Assembly: GCA_964016885.1 (NCBI GenBank) | Contig: OZ024742.1 | Span: 288,796,001 to 288,860,000, forward strand | Length of the DNA: 64,000 bases | From: Eledone cirrhosa | Lineage: Eukaryota | Reading direction: 5' to 3' | In this document: in pieces, positions 30,999 to 45,132 of the stretch | Position numbering within the stretch: the stretch's first letter is position 1 | Layout: each line of letters opens with the position of its first letter | Made by a program: the position numbers and the translations under genes | Notes under the pieces: generated by a model | Database searches by the model: none | The model's input: only the letters and a program-made list of their open reading frames with translations | What the model was told of the DNA's origin: nothing

Positions 30999-31726
30999 AT
31001 GTGTGTATTGGAAGATGATTCTATTAGTAGAGATGGGGGAGGGAGTTGTGTGTGTGTGTATATGGGTGTTATGTGTGTGTGTGCGAGTATGTTAGATAGA
31101 GAGAATATATATTTTTTGTGTGTGTGTATATATATATGTGTGTAGGAAAGTGGTTCTATTAGTAGAAATGGGGAGGGTGTTGTAGGTGTGGGGGTTTTTA
31201 TGTGTGTGTATGGGTGTTATGTGTGTGGGAGTATGGTTAGCATGTTAAGATGAAGAGAATATATATATATATATATATATATTGTGTGTGTGTGTATGTG
31301 TGTGTGTAGGAAAATGATTCCTTTAGTAGGAATATTTTTGAATGAACATATTTTCCTGACTTTTTCGTGTTTGCTGTTGTATTGCCAGTGCAAACGTATG
31401 TTTAAGGTTTATTTAGTTCGGGTTTTTATTTTCTAAAGTAGGTGTTATGTGTGTGTGTGTATGTCATATTGTGGTGTTGACATAATGTATATTAAACCTT
31501 ATTTAATGTTGGTCTATATTTTTGAATAAACATATTTTCCTTATTTATTCGCATTTGTTCTGTTGTATTGTTAGCGCAAAGGTAAAATGGGAAGACTTGA
31601 CTTGACAAACCAATCAAATTACTTCTCGAAAAACCTGGTTTTCGAGCCAGTTTTTCCATATAAAACAAGTAACATTTAGAGACCAACCAGATGTGAGAAA
31701 AACCACAGACCCTCCATCTCAACTCA

Positions 31727-31764
31727 CCTTTTGAAAAGCAGAAGAACTGCGAAACCGGTAAAGG
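31727..31764 (+). ncRNA. Minimal hammerhead, U3:A8 variant (inverted copy)
   Basis: Identical to 30409-30446. Confidence 0.8.
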
Positions 31765-31836
31765 AACCAAATAAATATATATATTTTTAAAAAAAATAAG
31801 ACTTCAGTTGCATTTTCGATTTCATCCCTTTTTCTT

Positions 31837-31868
<32 letters not shown>

Positions 31869-31876
31869 CATATATT

Positions 31877-31911
<35 letters not shown>

Positions 31912-31922
31912 ATTTATATATA

Positions 31923-31981
<59 letters not shown>

Positions 31982-32041
31982 ATATGTATATATATCTATA
32001 TAGAAATTACATGAATCAAAGTTCTGTTCAAACCATTTATT

Positions 32042-32087
32042 AGCTTACAATTGTTTCTTCCAAACCGATGTTTGGAGTCTTCGGAGC
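32042..32087 (-). ncRNA. Degenerate hammerhead in a short TA-flanked module
   Basis: GCT-CCGAAGA(U4C)-cTCCAAAC ATCG GTTTGGAa-GAAAC-AATT-GTA-AGC. Confidence 0.55.
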
Positions 32088-32214
32088 AATTTTTCAATGA
32101 TTGTTTACATACAATAAGGTAGTAATAAATTACTGTCTTTCACTGTTTCGGGTTTAAAATATACATAACCATAAATAGTATCCTTAATACTATATATATA
32201 TCTATATATATATA

Positions 32215-32254
<40 letters not shown>

Positions 32255-32382
32255 AAAGTTTTATTTAAAATTGTAGGGTTACAACGAGTAAATATTTTAT
32301 AACTGATATAAAAGCACTCAACAAGTTTGGGAGTAGGTTTACGATATTAAACAAATGGAAACTATATTTATAAAACCATATT

Positions 32383-32448
32383 TATTTCATTATATATATT
32401 TCAGGGATACCATATTAAAAATATGGTATGCCTTCCTCAGACAAAATA
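32383..32448 (-). ncRNA. Hammerhead in 3' pLTR
   Basis: TATTTTGT-CTGAGGA-AGGcATACCATATT..AATATGGTATcCCT-GAAA-TATATA-TA-ATGAAATA. Confidence 0.85.
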
Positions 32449-33790
32449 CAATATATAAACCGTTTTATAAATAAATTTGACATACCTAGAACAGTGCAAC
32501 TTCCATTTAAAAAGTTGATTTGGTAGTGAAAATGTTGAGGACAGTTAAAAAGAAGGACGAAGAGGAAAAAAAAAAAAAAAAAAAAGAAGAAAAAAAGAAG
32601 AAAAAAAGAAAAGAAAAAAAAGAAAAAAAGAAGAAAAAAAGAAAAAAAAAGAAGAAAAAAAAGAAAAAAAGAAGGGAAGAAGAAAGAAAGTGTATAATGC
32701 TAAGGACAGTTAGAGAGGAAGATGAAGAGATGTATGTAAAGAAAACAACAGAGCGAGATAGAGAGAAAGAGATATGGGAGAGAGAAATATATTGAGGAAG
32801 TGAAAAATGATAGGCAGCTTGGGGACAGATGATCAGCGTACAAATGAGATATTAAGGAGGGAAGGGGGTACTGTAATTATTTATTTATTTATTTATTTAG
32901 TTATAGTGTTAAGGATACGGAGAGAAATAAGATAAATAAAGAGAGGTAGAGAGAGATATATGTGGTGGGAGAAAAGAGGTAGATCGAGTAATATCTATCA
33001 TACGAGGTGGGAGAGATACAGTTAAAAACAGCCGATATATAAATCCCGTCAAGTGTAGAGGAGAAAAAGAAAGAAAGATGATATATTTAAAATATTATGT
33101 CTCGTCCATTTGAATTATCAATTCATATGAATTAGGTATTACAATGTAGATATCAATATTCATGAATGAGACACATATCAATAATGTGTGAAAAAATGAA
33201 AAAAATAATGACCCCATGTTTAGTTTAAAAATTCTTAGGTTTATAAGCAAAATCTGAGATAAAACTTCAAAAATACTGAAATACATAAGTATATATGTAT
33301 TTTCATGAAAAAAGAAAACGAGAAAAGAGAAGGTTATCTCAAATTCAAGTTGACAATTATGGACACACATGTGAATTTACGTGATCGGCTCTGTAAATTC
33401 ATATTTTCATGAAAAGCTTCATTGCGTTACAAAAGATACCACCATACATATATGTACATACATATATATATAGACATAAAGTGTACATTAATATTAATAA
33501 TAATATTCTTGCCCTCACTTACATGATTATCGTTCAAGCATAGAATAGACAACAGATATCAATATATTAAAAATATATTAAAAAATATATTAAAAACGCC
33601 AAGAATATCTTCGTCACTCCACAGAGTAACTAGGGACGCAATAAAACATAGTATGCCACGCATATCAACCACAGAAAACCACCCTTCAAATTTATTTGAC
33701 AATATATTGTCAAGTTCATTAGAAGCAATCAGAATCAAAAGTAAACTAAACCAAAATTATTCAACAAACCTTATTTAGCAGAAATCATTC

Positions 33791-33822
<32 letters not shown>

Positions 33823-34025
33823 ATTCTACAAATGCTCTTATATTTATTATAGAAGTTTATCTAGCTTAAAAATTTATTCAATAGATTGGGAACATCACCA
33901 TTATAGGGTACTTTAATTAATCTTATTAAATTATATACTCATGCAGAAGGTTTTAAAAAAAATTGAAGGAATCGAAAGATTTATCGGCAAGTTTCATAAA
34001 TAGTTAAATATCTTAAGTAAATATA

Positions 34026-36239
34026 CTACATTTTAAATTTATATTTATATTTAAAAGTTGAGTTCAATCTATGTCTGCAGCAGCTGAATAAATTGGTCCG
34101 TAAATTAAGGGAATTTTTAGATTTTAGTATAAAGAATATCACCTCCGCGCAGAGGTCACATGTCTCAGAGGAGGAATTAAAAAGAATCCCTTTTGAGACT
34201 ATATTCCAAACCATCGAATATCCAACATTATCATGTTTAAGTTGCCAGAGTAAACCCGATAGTGATGTTGAAGATTTTTTACTTGGATCCGTGAAAGAAT
34301 TCTTGTGATTATTATAGCGAAGTTTAAATTCTGTCGATCAACATAATTAAAAGAATTTAAGTCAGTTTTAACATTACAGTTGTATATTATATTTTTAACT
34401 AAGCAATTGTTATTTAGCGGACATTTAGATCTATCTCTACAGTTACAGTTGTTTACTTGAATATTGTTTAGGCTATTTTCGGTATTTTGGCTAGGTTTTA
34501 GATTCCTATTATTTATTCTATTAATATTTTGTGCTAAATTTTTGGTGGACGAGTATGTTAATTTTATAGTATGTCTATTGAAAATTGAGTGATACTTATG
34601 TGTTCTAGGGAAGCGTTTGTCAAGAGCATTAAAAAATAGTTTAGCGATGTGGGTTTTAATGTTTAGTGAGAAGGGGGGGGGCAAACCATATTATATTTCT
34701 AGTTCTATTTCTTTTCTGGTTTTTGGAATTATTGTAATGCTTTCTATTATAGTTGTTAAAGTTGTTACTGTGATTAAAATTGTTGTTATTTCGGTTAGTT
34801 TGTCTATTATCGATGTACATAATTTTATCACTATATCCTGCTCTAGCTAACGCATCATTGTAATACTGGGCTTTTTCGTCGAAAATATTTTTATTAGATG
34901 AGATTCTAGAGATACGTTTTTGAACAGAGTTCACTATAGTATTTTTGACAGATCTGGGGTGATTAGAGCTAAAACTGACATAATTCAAGTTTTCATTTAA
35001 CTTGTGAAATGGATAGTGAATGCATGTGTTGAGATTTAATGTTACATCTAGGAAATTGACTATTCTATGGTTATTCTCAATTTCTATTTTTAGATTAAGG
35101 TAATTAAAAAATTGTATAATTTGTTTTCTTTTTCTATTTAGTTCAGAGTTATTATTTTCAATAAGTAAAAGCATGTCATCTCTATATAATCCTCCAGTAA
35201 CACCGGGTATTTTCCTATGCAGTGAATTAATTATAAATAGGCCCACAAGGTCCGTTACCTGAGCTGAGTCGGATGATCCCATAGTAATGTCAAAATTATT
35301 ATCTCTATCTGCCCTAGTCCATAGTTGGTTATTAAATTCTATCAATGTTTTCCTTGCCGATAATATAATGTGCATTTCATTGCTAGTTAGGTCTGTATGT
35401 TTGAATGCGTAATTTAGAGCCTTATTTAGTAGATTAGGGGTAATAGATGAATAGTAGTTAGCAATATCTAGTTGAATAAATTTATTATTATTGTTATATT
35501 TAATTTCATTAAACCACTCAATGACCTCCCCAGTTCCCTTCCACAAGGTCAAGTTAGGTAAACAGTTCAAGTTTTTAATTTGCTGTATCACCCTGTCTAG
35601 AATGTTTTTGCTAAGCTTACCCAGGTCAGATTTTGATGGTGCAATCAATCTGACTGGCAAGTCATTTTCAAAATTCCTTTTGTGATCTTTCATATTGATC
35701 TTGGGTTTCCTGGGCACGAAAGGTTGTGTTTTGTTCTCAATTTCCAACTCATGCATTATACAAGATGCCTCAACATTCATTTTCTCAAGTTCAGCCTTAT
35801 CTGCTACCTTGTACTTTTTCCTTAGTTCTTTCAGTATGAGGCCATTATATATGTCTTTTTCCACTCCATAGAGGTTGTTGGTTTTGTCCAATTTCACCAA
35901 GATCTTCTCTGTTCTCTCTAAGCTCACAATATTATCCTTAATGCTTTTCAGATATTCCTGGCCTTTGAAGTTTCTCTTGAATTTGACTCCTTGTATGATA
36001 GAAACTATATCGTTTTCAAAATCAATTAAAAGTTTGTTAGGGGGTGGATTTTTTTTAGATTTGAAAACTTTGTCTAAGTCTGAGACATTTTCATTTATAT
36101 TAGATTTATCAAAGTGGAATGCACGCCACCTGATTCTCCTTATAAAAGAGTCTGATTTAACTATTAGTTGTTTAATAAAGTCCTTGTTTCTAGGTAGAGG
36201 TATGTCTTTTAGAGAAGAAGAGATCTTAAAGAATTCCAT
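34026..36239 (-). pseudogene. PLE RT-Zn linker-GIY-YIG ORF with two 1-nt frameshifts
   Basis: FIQLDIANYYSSI, FDITMGSSDSAQVTDLVG, YRDD, SNHP, CNCR....CPL...C, YV(G)ST.FKLRYNNH, CDLC..E, LN.R......CRH. Frameshifts at the G9 run 34673-34681 and at ~34340. Confidence 0.9.
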
Positions 36240-36419
36240 TTTTTCAGTTATAATATAAAGCGCTCAACAGTATTGGAGCAAAATATATGCAAAAGTTTTA
36301 TTTAAAATTGTAGGGTTACAACGAGTAAATATTTTATAACTGATATAAAAGCACTCAACAGGTTTGGGAGTAGGTTTACGATATTAAACAAATGGAAACT
36401 ATATTTATAAAACCATATT

Positions 36420-36485
36420 TATTTCATTATATATATTTCAGGCATACCATATTAAAAATATGGTATGCCTTCCTCAGACAAAATA
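36420..36485 (-). ncRNA. Hammerhead in 5' pLTR
   Basis: Same motif as 32383-32448, with a perfect AGGCATACC/GGTATGCCT stem II. Confidence 0.85.
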
Positions 36486-36706
36486 CAATATATAAACCGT
36501 TTTATAAATAAATTTGACATACCTAGAACAGTGCAACTTCCATTTAAAAAGTTGATTTGGTAGTGAAAATGTTGAGGACAGTTAAAAAGAAGGGCGAAGA
36601 GAACTTTTAACTGTCCTCAACATTTTCACTACCAAATCAACTTTTTAAATGGAAGTTGCACTGTTCTAGGTATGTCAAATTTATTTATAAAACGGTTTAT
36701 ATATTG

Positions 36707-36772
36707 TATTTTGTCTGAGGAAGGCATACCATATTTTTAATATGGTATCCCTGAAATATATATAATGAAATA
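36707..36772 (+). ncRNA. Hammerhead in inverted pLTR
   Basis: Same motif in the opposite orientation. Confidence 0.85.
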
Positions 36773-36812
36773 AATATGGTTTTATAAATATAGTTTCCAT
36801 TTGTTTAATATC

Positions 36813-36946
<134 letters not shown>

Positions 36947-37251
36947 ATTAATACAATAACAGAGATAGTTTAAAGCTAAACTCTGACTGGTAACCATCTC
37001 ACTCAACAAACATTAGGTTATATTAAAATATAAACCCAATTTAAGTGTTTGGGGTGCTAACAATATGTATAATGTGGAAAAACCAGTTGTGTTATTTTAT
37101 GAGATATAATTAAAGTTAAAGTATTTATATATATATTTATATATAGATAAATCTACCAAAAGTTTACGGTAGTGTCCAATCCGTCTATTCAAAATATGTC
37201 CCCAAACAGACCTATTATTTTGAATTGTTGTTATTATCAATAAACATGCAT

Positions 37252-37390
37252 CATTATTTCTGAAGACAGCATATATATGTGAAGGTATGTATATTCCCTC
37301 TGATAGTTTGTATAATTTTGTACATAGATCTTTTGAATATGCATACCAATTCTAACACATATATGTCCTAGAAACGATCGTAAAATAATG
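37252..37390 (+). ncRNA. Hammerhead with ~100-nt extended stem II
   Basis: CATTATTT-CTGAAGA-[long hairpin]-GAAAC-GATC-GTA-AAATAATG. Confidence 0.7.
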
Positions 37391-37723
37391 AACTTTTTTT
37401 GTTTAATATAAGGAACTGTTTCTTTGTTTATTCATTATTTTTTAATAATTTATATTTATATATATATATTTATATATATATATTTATATATATATATTTA
37501 TATATATATTTATATATATATATATTTATATATATATTTATATATATATATTTATATATATATTTATATATATATATTTATATATATATATTTATATATA
37601 TATATTTATATATATATTTATATATATATATTTATATATATATATTTATATATATATATTTATATATATATATTTATATATATATATATTTATATATATA
37701 TATATTTATATATATATATTTAT

Positions 37724-37768
<45 letters not shown>

Positions 37769-37777
37769 TTATATATA

Positions 37778-37850
<73 letters not shown>

Positions 37851-37854
<4 letters not shown>

Positions 37855-39633
37855 AAAATAACAGATTAAAGTTTAAGCAAAGAATTACGAGAATAGACCT
37901 AGAAGAAATAGATCCCGTCGCATTTGTTGGTTTAACCCACCATATAATATGGAGGTGGCCACACCATTAGCTAAGATCTTTCTTTCCCTTATTACGAAGC
38001 ATTTTCCCCCTACACATAAATATAGTAACATTTTTAATAGAAACACTATTAAAATTTCTTACTCAACGACTCCTAACCTTGCACATAACATCACAGCTTC
38101 AAATTTAGCTAAAATACCTAGCCGTAGGAACACGTGCAACCCTGTAGTTAGTACTAACTGTAATTGTAGGAATCGGGCTGATTGTCCCCTATCCGGGAAA
38201 TGCCTCTCTAGTAACATTGTCTACAAATGTAAGGTTGTAACACCCACGTCCCGTAGGGCCTACATAGGGTATAGTTTCAAGCAGCGTCTTTACATGCATA
38301 CCCATTCTTTTCGTTACCCTCTAAGAAGGAATATGACGTCACTTTCAGCTTATATCTGGAGTCTAAAAGACAACCACACCCAATATAAGTTACACTGGGA
38401 GATCCTAGCTAGGGCTAGATCGTATAACGGAAATAAAAGACCGTGTGACCTCTGCGCCGCTGAGGCCCTGGAAATACTCTACGCCACAGACCACATCTTA
38501 AACAAAAAATCTGAGGCAATTTCGGCTTGTAATCATAAATTGCACAAAACTTTCCTGTATTACAGCCCTACGTTTTACCCTAACGGATAGCACAATCTAT
38601 ACGTGGATATTTACGTCTTGATGTGGGAGCTAAGTATATGTTTTGTTTATTCCTTTACTTTTTGCATAGGTAAGTATATATTACCCGTATGTTTTGTGAA
38701 GGTATGTATACCTTCTCGTACGTATATTTGACTGTTTTGTCGTATAATTTTTACATATTCTGGTATTTAGGGCTTGGTTATGTGTATATGGGAGTTTTGC
38801 GTCTGCGTGAGTATGCAGGTTCGTACGTATGGTGGGTGTGTGTATATGTGTACTTCTTGTATTTATTTGTAGGTATGTGTGTGCGCTTGTTATATACGTA
38901 TTTATTTACTTATATACGTTTATATAATTATTTATTTATTTGTACACAAGCATACACACATGCACATATTTATATGTGCGTAGTTTTGTATACCTATGGT
39001 AAGGTTTTGCGTATGCTTGTGTATGTACGTATCTGTTTGCGTGTATGTATTTATTTGTTCCTATTACTTCTGTATTGTATTTATTTACTTTGTTCTTAAC
39101 TCTGTAGCGGAGATTCATTCGGTCTCCTAGTTAGAATTTTAGTCTACGACTTCTGCTATACCATTTACGTGGTTTTGTCTTTGCACGCTATTGTTCTCCA
39201 CGCTCCACATATGACTTATTATCTTCGTTTTTTCGTTCATTGCCAGAGAACGTCTCTATGCACCACTTAGAGAACATTAGTCTACGACCTCTTTTATACC
39301 ATAAACGTGGTTCTGTCCTTGCACGTAATTGTTTTTCACCGCTCCTATTAATGACGTATTATTCGTTTTTTCCCGTTCTTTGCCAGCGAACGTCACCATG
39401 GTATCGTCTTCCTGTCTTCCTCCGGTTGCAACGTTTTTTGAAATATCCAGTTCTGCGTTTACAGATTGACTTTGTTAGTTTCAGAAGATCCCGTTAAGGG
39501 TGAAAGCAGCGATTCTTTGCTTAAACTTTAATCTGTTATTTTAATAAATATTTGCTCTTCGGTTCTTATATATTTGATATATATTTTCCTTATCGAGCCC
39601 TCTCTAGATTTTAGTCTTCAATTTTATTATTAT

Positions 39634-39637
<4 letters not shown>
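37851..39637 (+). mobile_element. 5'-truncated Naiad-type PLE (Zn linker + GIY-YIG ORF 37949-38590) with a short inverted 5' tag
   Basis: WFNPP, CNCR....CPLSGKC, IVYKC, YIG, CDLC..E; 37851-37885 is the reverse complement of 39513-39546. Confidence 0.9.
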
Positions 39638-39681
<44 letters not shown>

Positions 39682-39702
39682 TTATATATATATTTATATA
39701 TA

Positions 39703-39758
<56 letters not shown>

Positions 39759-39826
39759 CACACACAGAAACAAAATGGCGTAGGACAGAAGAAAGGAAAG
39801 GCACAGAAACAAAGAAAGGAATCCCC

Positions 39827-39871
39827 AGTCACTGAAGAGGTCACAGAGTGTGTGACGAAAGGACTATGACT
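39827..39871 (+). ncRNA. Hammerhead motif in a short TA-flanked module
   Basis: AGTCA-CTGAAGA-gGTCAC..GTGAC-GAAAG-GA-CTA-TGACT. Confidence 0.65.
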
Positions 39872-40148
39872 ATATATAAACAACTATCTGGTTGTGGAAC
39901 CAACCAACCAACCAGAAATTTATAAATTTGTAGATTTGTAAATTTATAAATTTATAAATATATAATAAATTAAAGTGAAAGCAACTGGTGCATGTGTTTC
40001 TTATTGGCAACATGACCCTCCCAAAGTATAACAATATATATATATTTATATATATTTATATATATATTTATATATATATATTTATATATATATATATATT
40101 TATATATATATTTATATATGTATTTATATATATATTTATATATATATT

Positions 40149-40179
<31 letters not shown>

Positions 40180-40204
40180 TTATATATGTATTTATATATA
40201 TATT

Positions 40205-40237
<33 letters not shown>

Positions 40238-40270
40238 TTATATATGTATTTATATATGTATTTATATATA

Positions 40271-40436
<166 letters not shown>

Positions 40437-40958
40437 TATATATATGAGAATAAACGTGCTGCAGAGTTGCAAATGGGTTACATATGAATAAAGTGGTCCT
40501 ATATCAGTGATCTTCCAACCATCATCGGTATTTCTTCGCTTTAAAGACCATATACCTCCGGTTGGTGCGAGCAACGGCTAAAAAAAGTCGTTGGGACACG
40601 TAAATAAAAGGAACAGCGAGAGTGTAAACAAACAAAGATGGTGAAGCAACGAAAAGTGAGGAAGAGCGAGTCAAGTCCAAAAATTTCCATGAATATAAGT
40701 TCGGTGAAATCGTGAACGAGAGAGAATAAAGACCATCAAACCTGGTTGGAATGTGAGCAAGGAAGGAATTCCGTACAGGTCTAACGGGAGGAAAAAGGGG
40801 TCTAGTCTGTGAATTCGGTAAACATAAGTTCTGTGAAATCGTAGATGAGAGAGAGAAAAAATATATATTTATAAATATATATATATAAATATATATATAT
40901 TTATATATATATATAAATATATATATATTTATATATATATATAAATATATATATTTAT

Positions 40959-41007
<49 letters not shown>

Positions 41008-41011
41008 AATA

Positions 41012-41140
<129 letters not shown>

Positions 41141-41175
41141 ATATATATATACATATATTTATATATATATATATT

Positions 41176-41212
<37 letters not shown>

Positions 41213-41360
41213 ATTTATATATATATATTTATATATATATATATTTATATTTATATATATATATTTATATACATATATATATATACATATATATATATAT
41301 ATTTATATATATATATATTCATATGTATATATATATATATTTATATATATATATTCATAC

Positions 41361-41421
<61 letters not shown>

Positions 41422-41479
41422 CATATGTATACATATATATATATATATACATATGTATATATATATATACATATATATA

Positions 41480-41517
<38 letters not shown>

Positions 41518-41603
41518 TATATATATATACATATGTATATATATATATATGTACATATATTAAGGAAAAAGAACAAAGGAACTTTTATGACATTATAACA
41601 AGT

Positions 41604-41659
41604 TTATTGCCGACAGCCGTTTCGTCCGACCATATGGTGGGACTTTTCAAGGCATATAA
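41604..41659 (-). ncRNA. Hammerhead, U3:A8 variant
   Basis: Reverse complement of 43322-43377. Confidence 0.8.
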
Positions 41660-43321
41660 CAGGTAATTGTAAGTTCACCATTTTCATCAACGTTTAAACA
41701 AAGAGGGGACAGTCCTTAGCATTTAACCAGTCGCGTGTGAACTTGGAATTGGTGAGAGGAGGGGATAATAGCGAGAGACACAATATACCACCCCAGTCAA
41801 GTCCAAAACTGGACTTTTTTACCAATATATCCTATACAGCAAAACCTGGCTTAATAACTGGCATGACCGAAACTACATGGAAAAGATCGAACGGAGCACA
41901 CCCTGCGACCACTAGCTGTTTGATCAGCAGGTCCATCTCCCAGAGAGTGCACACAGCTGATAGTGAATCCCAGTTGATTCGTGAACTCGGAACTTTTCAA
42001 AAAGACCAACTGTCCCCGGAGCTATGCAGATGATTGCATGCGCACAATGGATATCGCACCTACAAGGTCACTTATATTGTTCATCTTGCTGTATATGTGT
42101 AAAGTATCCGTGTGTGGGATATCCCTGAGTAAATTTGCTTGACTGTTAATTGTTTGTTAATTAGGCAGGAATATATTATTATATCTTTATTAATCCTATA
42201 TTAATAATTTTTTTATAATACATTATTAGATTACTTAAGCTACCTTCTTAAAAATACATTTTATAATTATTGTCCTTTTGCTTATAGATTTTCTTACTTA
42301 TCATTTTCTTTAATCTTCGAGCCCAACTTGATAAGCTCTTTGAATTGCTCCTTAATTAGATTACTTAAATTACTTTATTTATTATACCTAAGTTGTTGTA
42401 TCTGTTGAAGCAGCCCTTTGGAAATTCCTCGGATCTCCCAAATTCCGTAATTTTTAATTTGTAATTTTCCTCAATTCATTTATATATATTTTTAAAAGTT
42501 CTCTAAATTTTTAATTCTTTGAAGGGTCCTTCGGAAGAGGTTTTTATTAAAAATATTAAAGAGGCCTTTTCTGATTGATCTTTTGAAGGCTTTTTGAATT
42601 AACCTTTAATTGATTAATTTCTTTCAACTATTTATTTCTTAATTTTTAAGTTTAATGTTCAACCTCTTAATCTTTAATTTTTAATCTTGGATATATAAGA
42701 TTTCTTATAAATTTTTTAATTTCTGGGTTTGGAACTCTTAAACTTCAAATCCTAACTTAAATCTTAATCTTTATATTATGGATTCCCTAAATCATTAACT
42801 TTATTAACCTCTTAAATCTTTTTGAAAGTATTTTTTTTTCCCTAATTTTTAATTTTTAAGTTTAGAACTTTCGTAGGGATTATTAAATCTTCGTAAATTT
42901 TCTTAAATTTTTTTAAGGGAATTTTTTAGAAAAATTTTTTTGAAGGAATTTTTTAGGAAACTTTTTATTTTTTTATTCTCTTAATCTCTTCTGGTTTTTT
43001 AGGTTTATTGGGGCTTATAAGCTTTATGCGCTTATTGGGGTGTTTTTAAAGGTGCTTTTAAGGGATCCCAAGTCTTTTACTTTTAATGCGTAACTTATAA
43101 ATTCTTTATTTTTAACCTTCAATCCCTAACTTTTAGGCCCTTTTCAAATTCTCTTAATTCGCTCTAACCCATCCCTTTTACAACTCCTACAACTATTATA
43201 AAAGAGCCCCCTTAGAATATAGACTCCAGATAAACAAGCTGAGCTGTTGATGTATACCACGATTTCAAACTGCTAATCTTGAGTGAAACGTTGATGAAAA
43301 TGGTGAACTTACAATTACCTG

Positions 43322-43377
43322 TTATATGCCTTGAAAAGTCCCACCATATGGTCGGACGAAACGGCTGTCGGCAATAA
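43322..43377 (+). ncRNA. Hammerhead, U3:A8 variant
   Basis: TGCC-TTGAAAA-GTCC..GGAC-GAAAC-GGCT-GTC-GGCA. Confidence 0.82.
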
Positions 43378-43382
43378 ACTTC

Positions 43383-43987
43383 ATATATATATATATATTC
43401 ATATATATATATATATATTCATATATATATATATATTCATATATATATATATATGAATATATATATATATTCATATATATATATATTCATATATATATAT
43501 ATATATTCATATATATATATATTCATATATATATATATATATTCATATATATATATATTCATATATATATATATATTCATATATATATATATTCATATAT
43601 ATATATATATTCATATATATATATATTCATATATATATATATTCATATATATATATATTCATATATATATATATTCATATATATATATATTCATATATAT
43701 ATATATTCATATATATATATATATATATATTCATATATATATATATATATTCATATATATATATATATATATTCATATATATATATATATATATTCATAT
43801 ATATATATATATATTCATATATATATATATATATATTCATATATATATATTCATATATATATATTCATATATATATATATATATATTCATATATATATAT
43901 ATATATATATATTCATATATATATATATATATATTCATATATATATATATATATATTCATATATATATATATATTCATATATATATA
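43383..43987. repeat. Compound microsatellite [(AT)n TC]m
   Basis: TTCATATATATATA units. Other long (TA)n tracts lie at ~18780-19005, 22770-23370, 26425-26860, 37450-37850, 40035-40445 and 40860-41560. Confidence 0.95.
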
Positions 43988-44293
43988 TGTGAGTTCAATT
44001 CTCAGACCGGGTGATGTGTTGTTTCCTTGAGCAAGACACTTTATTTCACATTGCTCCAGTTTACTCAGCTGTAGAAATGAGATGATAGGGACTGGGGTCC
44101 CTATCATTCCACTGCAAAGTGGTTGTGGAGGTGCCACGGTAAAAAAGCACCCAGCACTCACTGTAAATGAGGTTGGTGTTAGGAAGGGCATCCAGCTGTA
44201 GAAATCAAGCCAGAATCAGTTCCCGTCCCACCCTTGCAAGCAGGGAAAAAGCGGACGTAAAATGAAATGATGATGATGATGATGAAATGATGA
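43988..44293 (+). mobile_element. SINE family 1, 5'-truncated
   Basis: Matches 9485-9760. Confidence 0.9.
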
Positions 44294-44616
44294 TATATTC
44301 ATATATATATATATTCATATGTATATATATTTATATATATATATTCATATGTATATATATATTTATATGTATATATATATATAAATATGTATATATATAT
44401 ATATATATTTACATGTATAAATATATAAATATGTATATATATATATTTACATGCATAAATAAATATGTATATATATATTTACATGTATAAATATATAAAT
44501 ATGTATATATATCTATATATATATATATGTATAAATATATATATATATATATTTATATGTATAATATATATATATATATATTTATACATATGAATATATA
44601 TATATATAAATATATA

Positions 44617-44847
44617 TGCAGAGGTTATATTTAATTTGTTGGGATTCAACAAGCTTAAACAAATTTTATAACTGATATAAAGCACTCAACAGTTTAGTGG
44701 AGTAAATATACAATATATTAATAAATGGAAACTATATTTATAAAACCATATTTATTTTATTATATATATCTCAAGGGCAACCAAAGCAAATTATGGTGCG
44801 CTTTCATCAGATAAAATACAGATTTGTTTTATAAATAAATATTGACA
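44617..44847 (-). mobile_element. Solo PLE pLTR with a mutated hammerhead (44753-44818, GAGA for GAAA)
   Basis: Same family as 9770-10035. Confidence 0.8.
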
Positions 44848-44966
44848 TATATATATATATATGTGTATATATTTATATGCATATAAATATATGTATATAT
44901 ATATATTTATACATATGAATATATATATATACATATAAATATATATATATGGCTCCGTTAATGTAT

Positions 44967-45018
<52 letters not shown>

Positions 45019-45087
45019 GAATATATATATAAATATATATATATTTATACACATGAATATATATATATATATATACATATAAATAAG

Positions 45088-45132
<45 letters not shown>

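Larger units (their letters stand above)
41561..43382 (+). mobile_element. PLE 3' fragment with inverted pLTR at its 5' end (41561-41696)
   Basis: GIY-YIG-like remnants GMTETTWK and ESQLIRELGT; ~41601-41696 is the reverse complement of ~43286-43381. Confidence 0.8.

Noticed and set aside
32520-32795. Lys-rich 91-aa ORF
   Set aside because: Antisense reading of a pyrimidine tract in the PLE 3' UTR.
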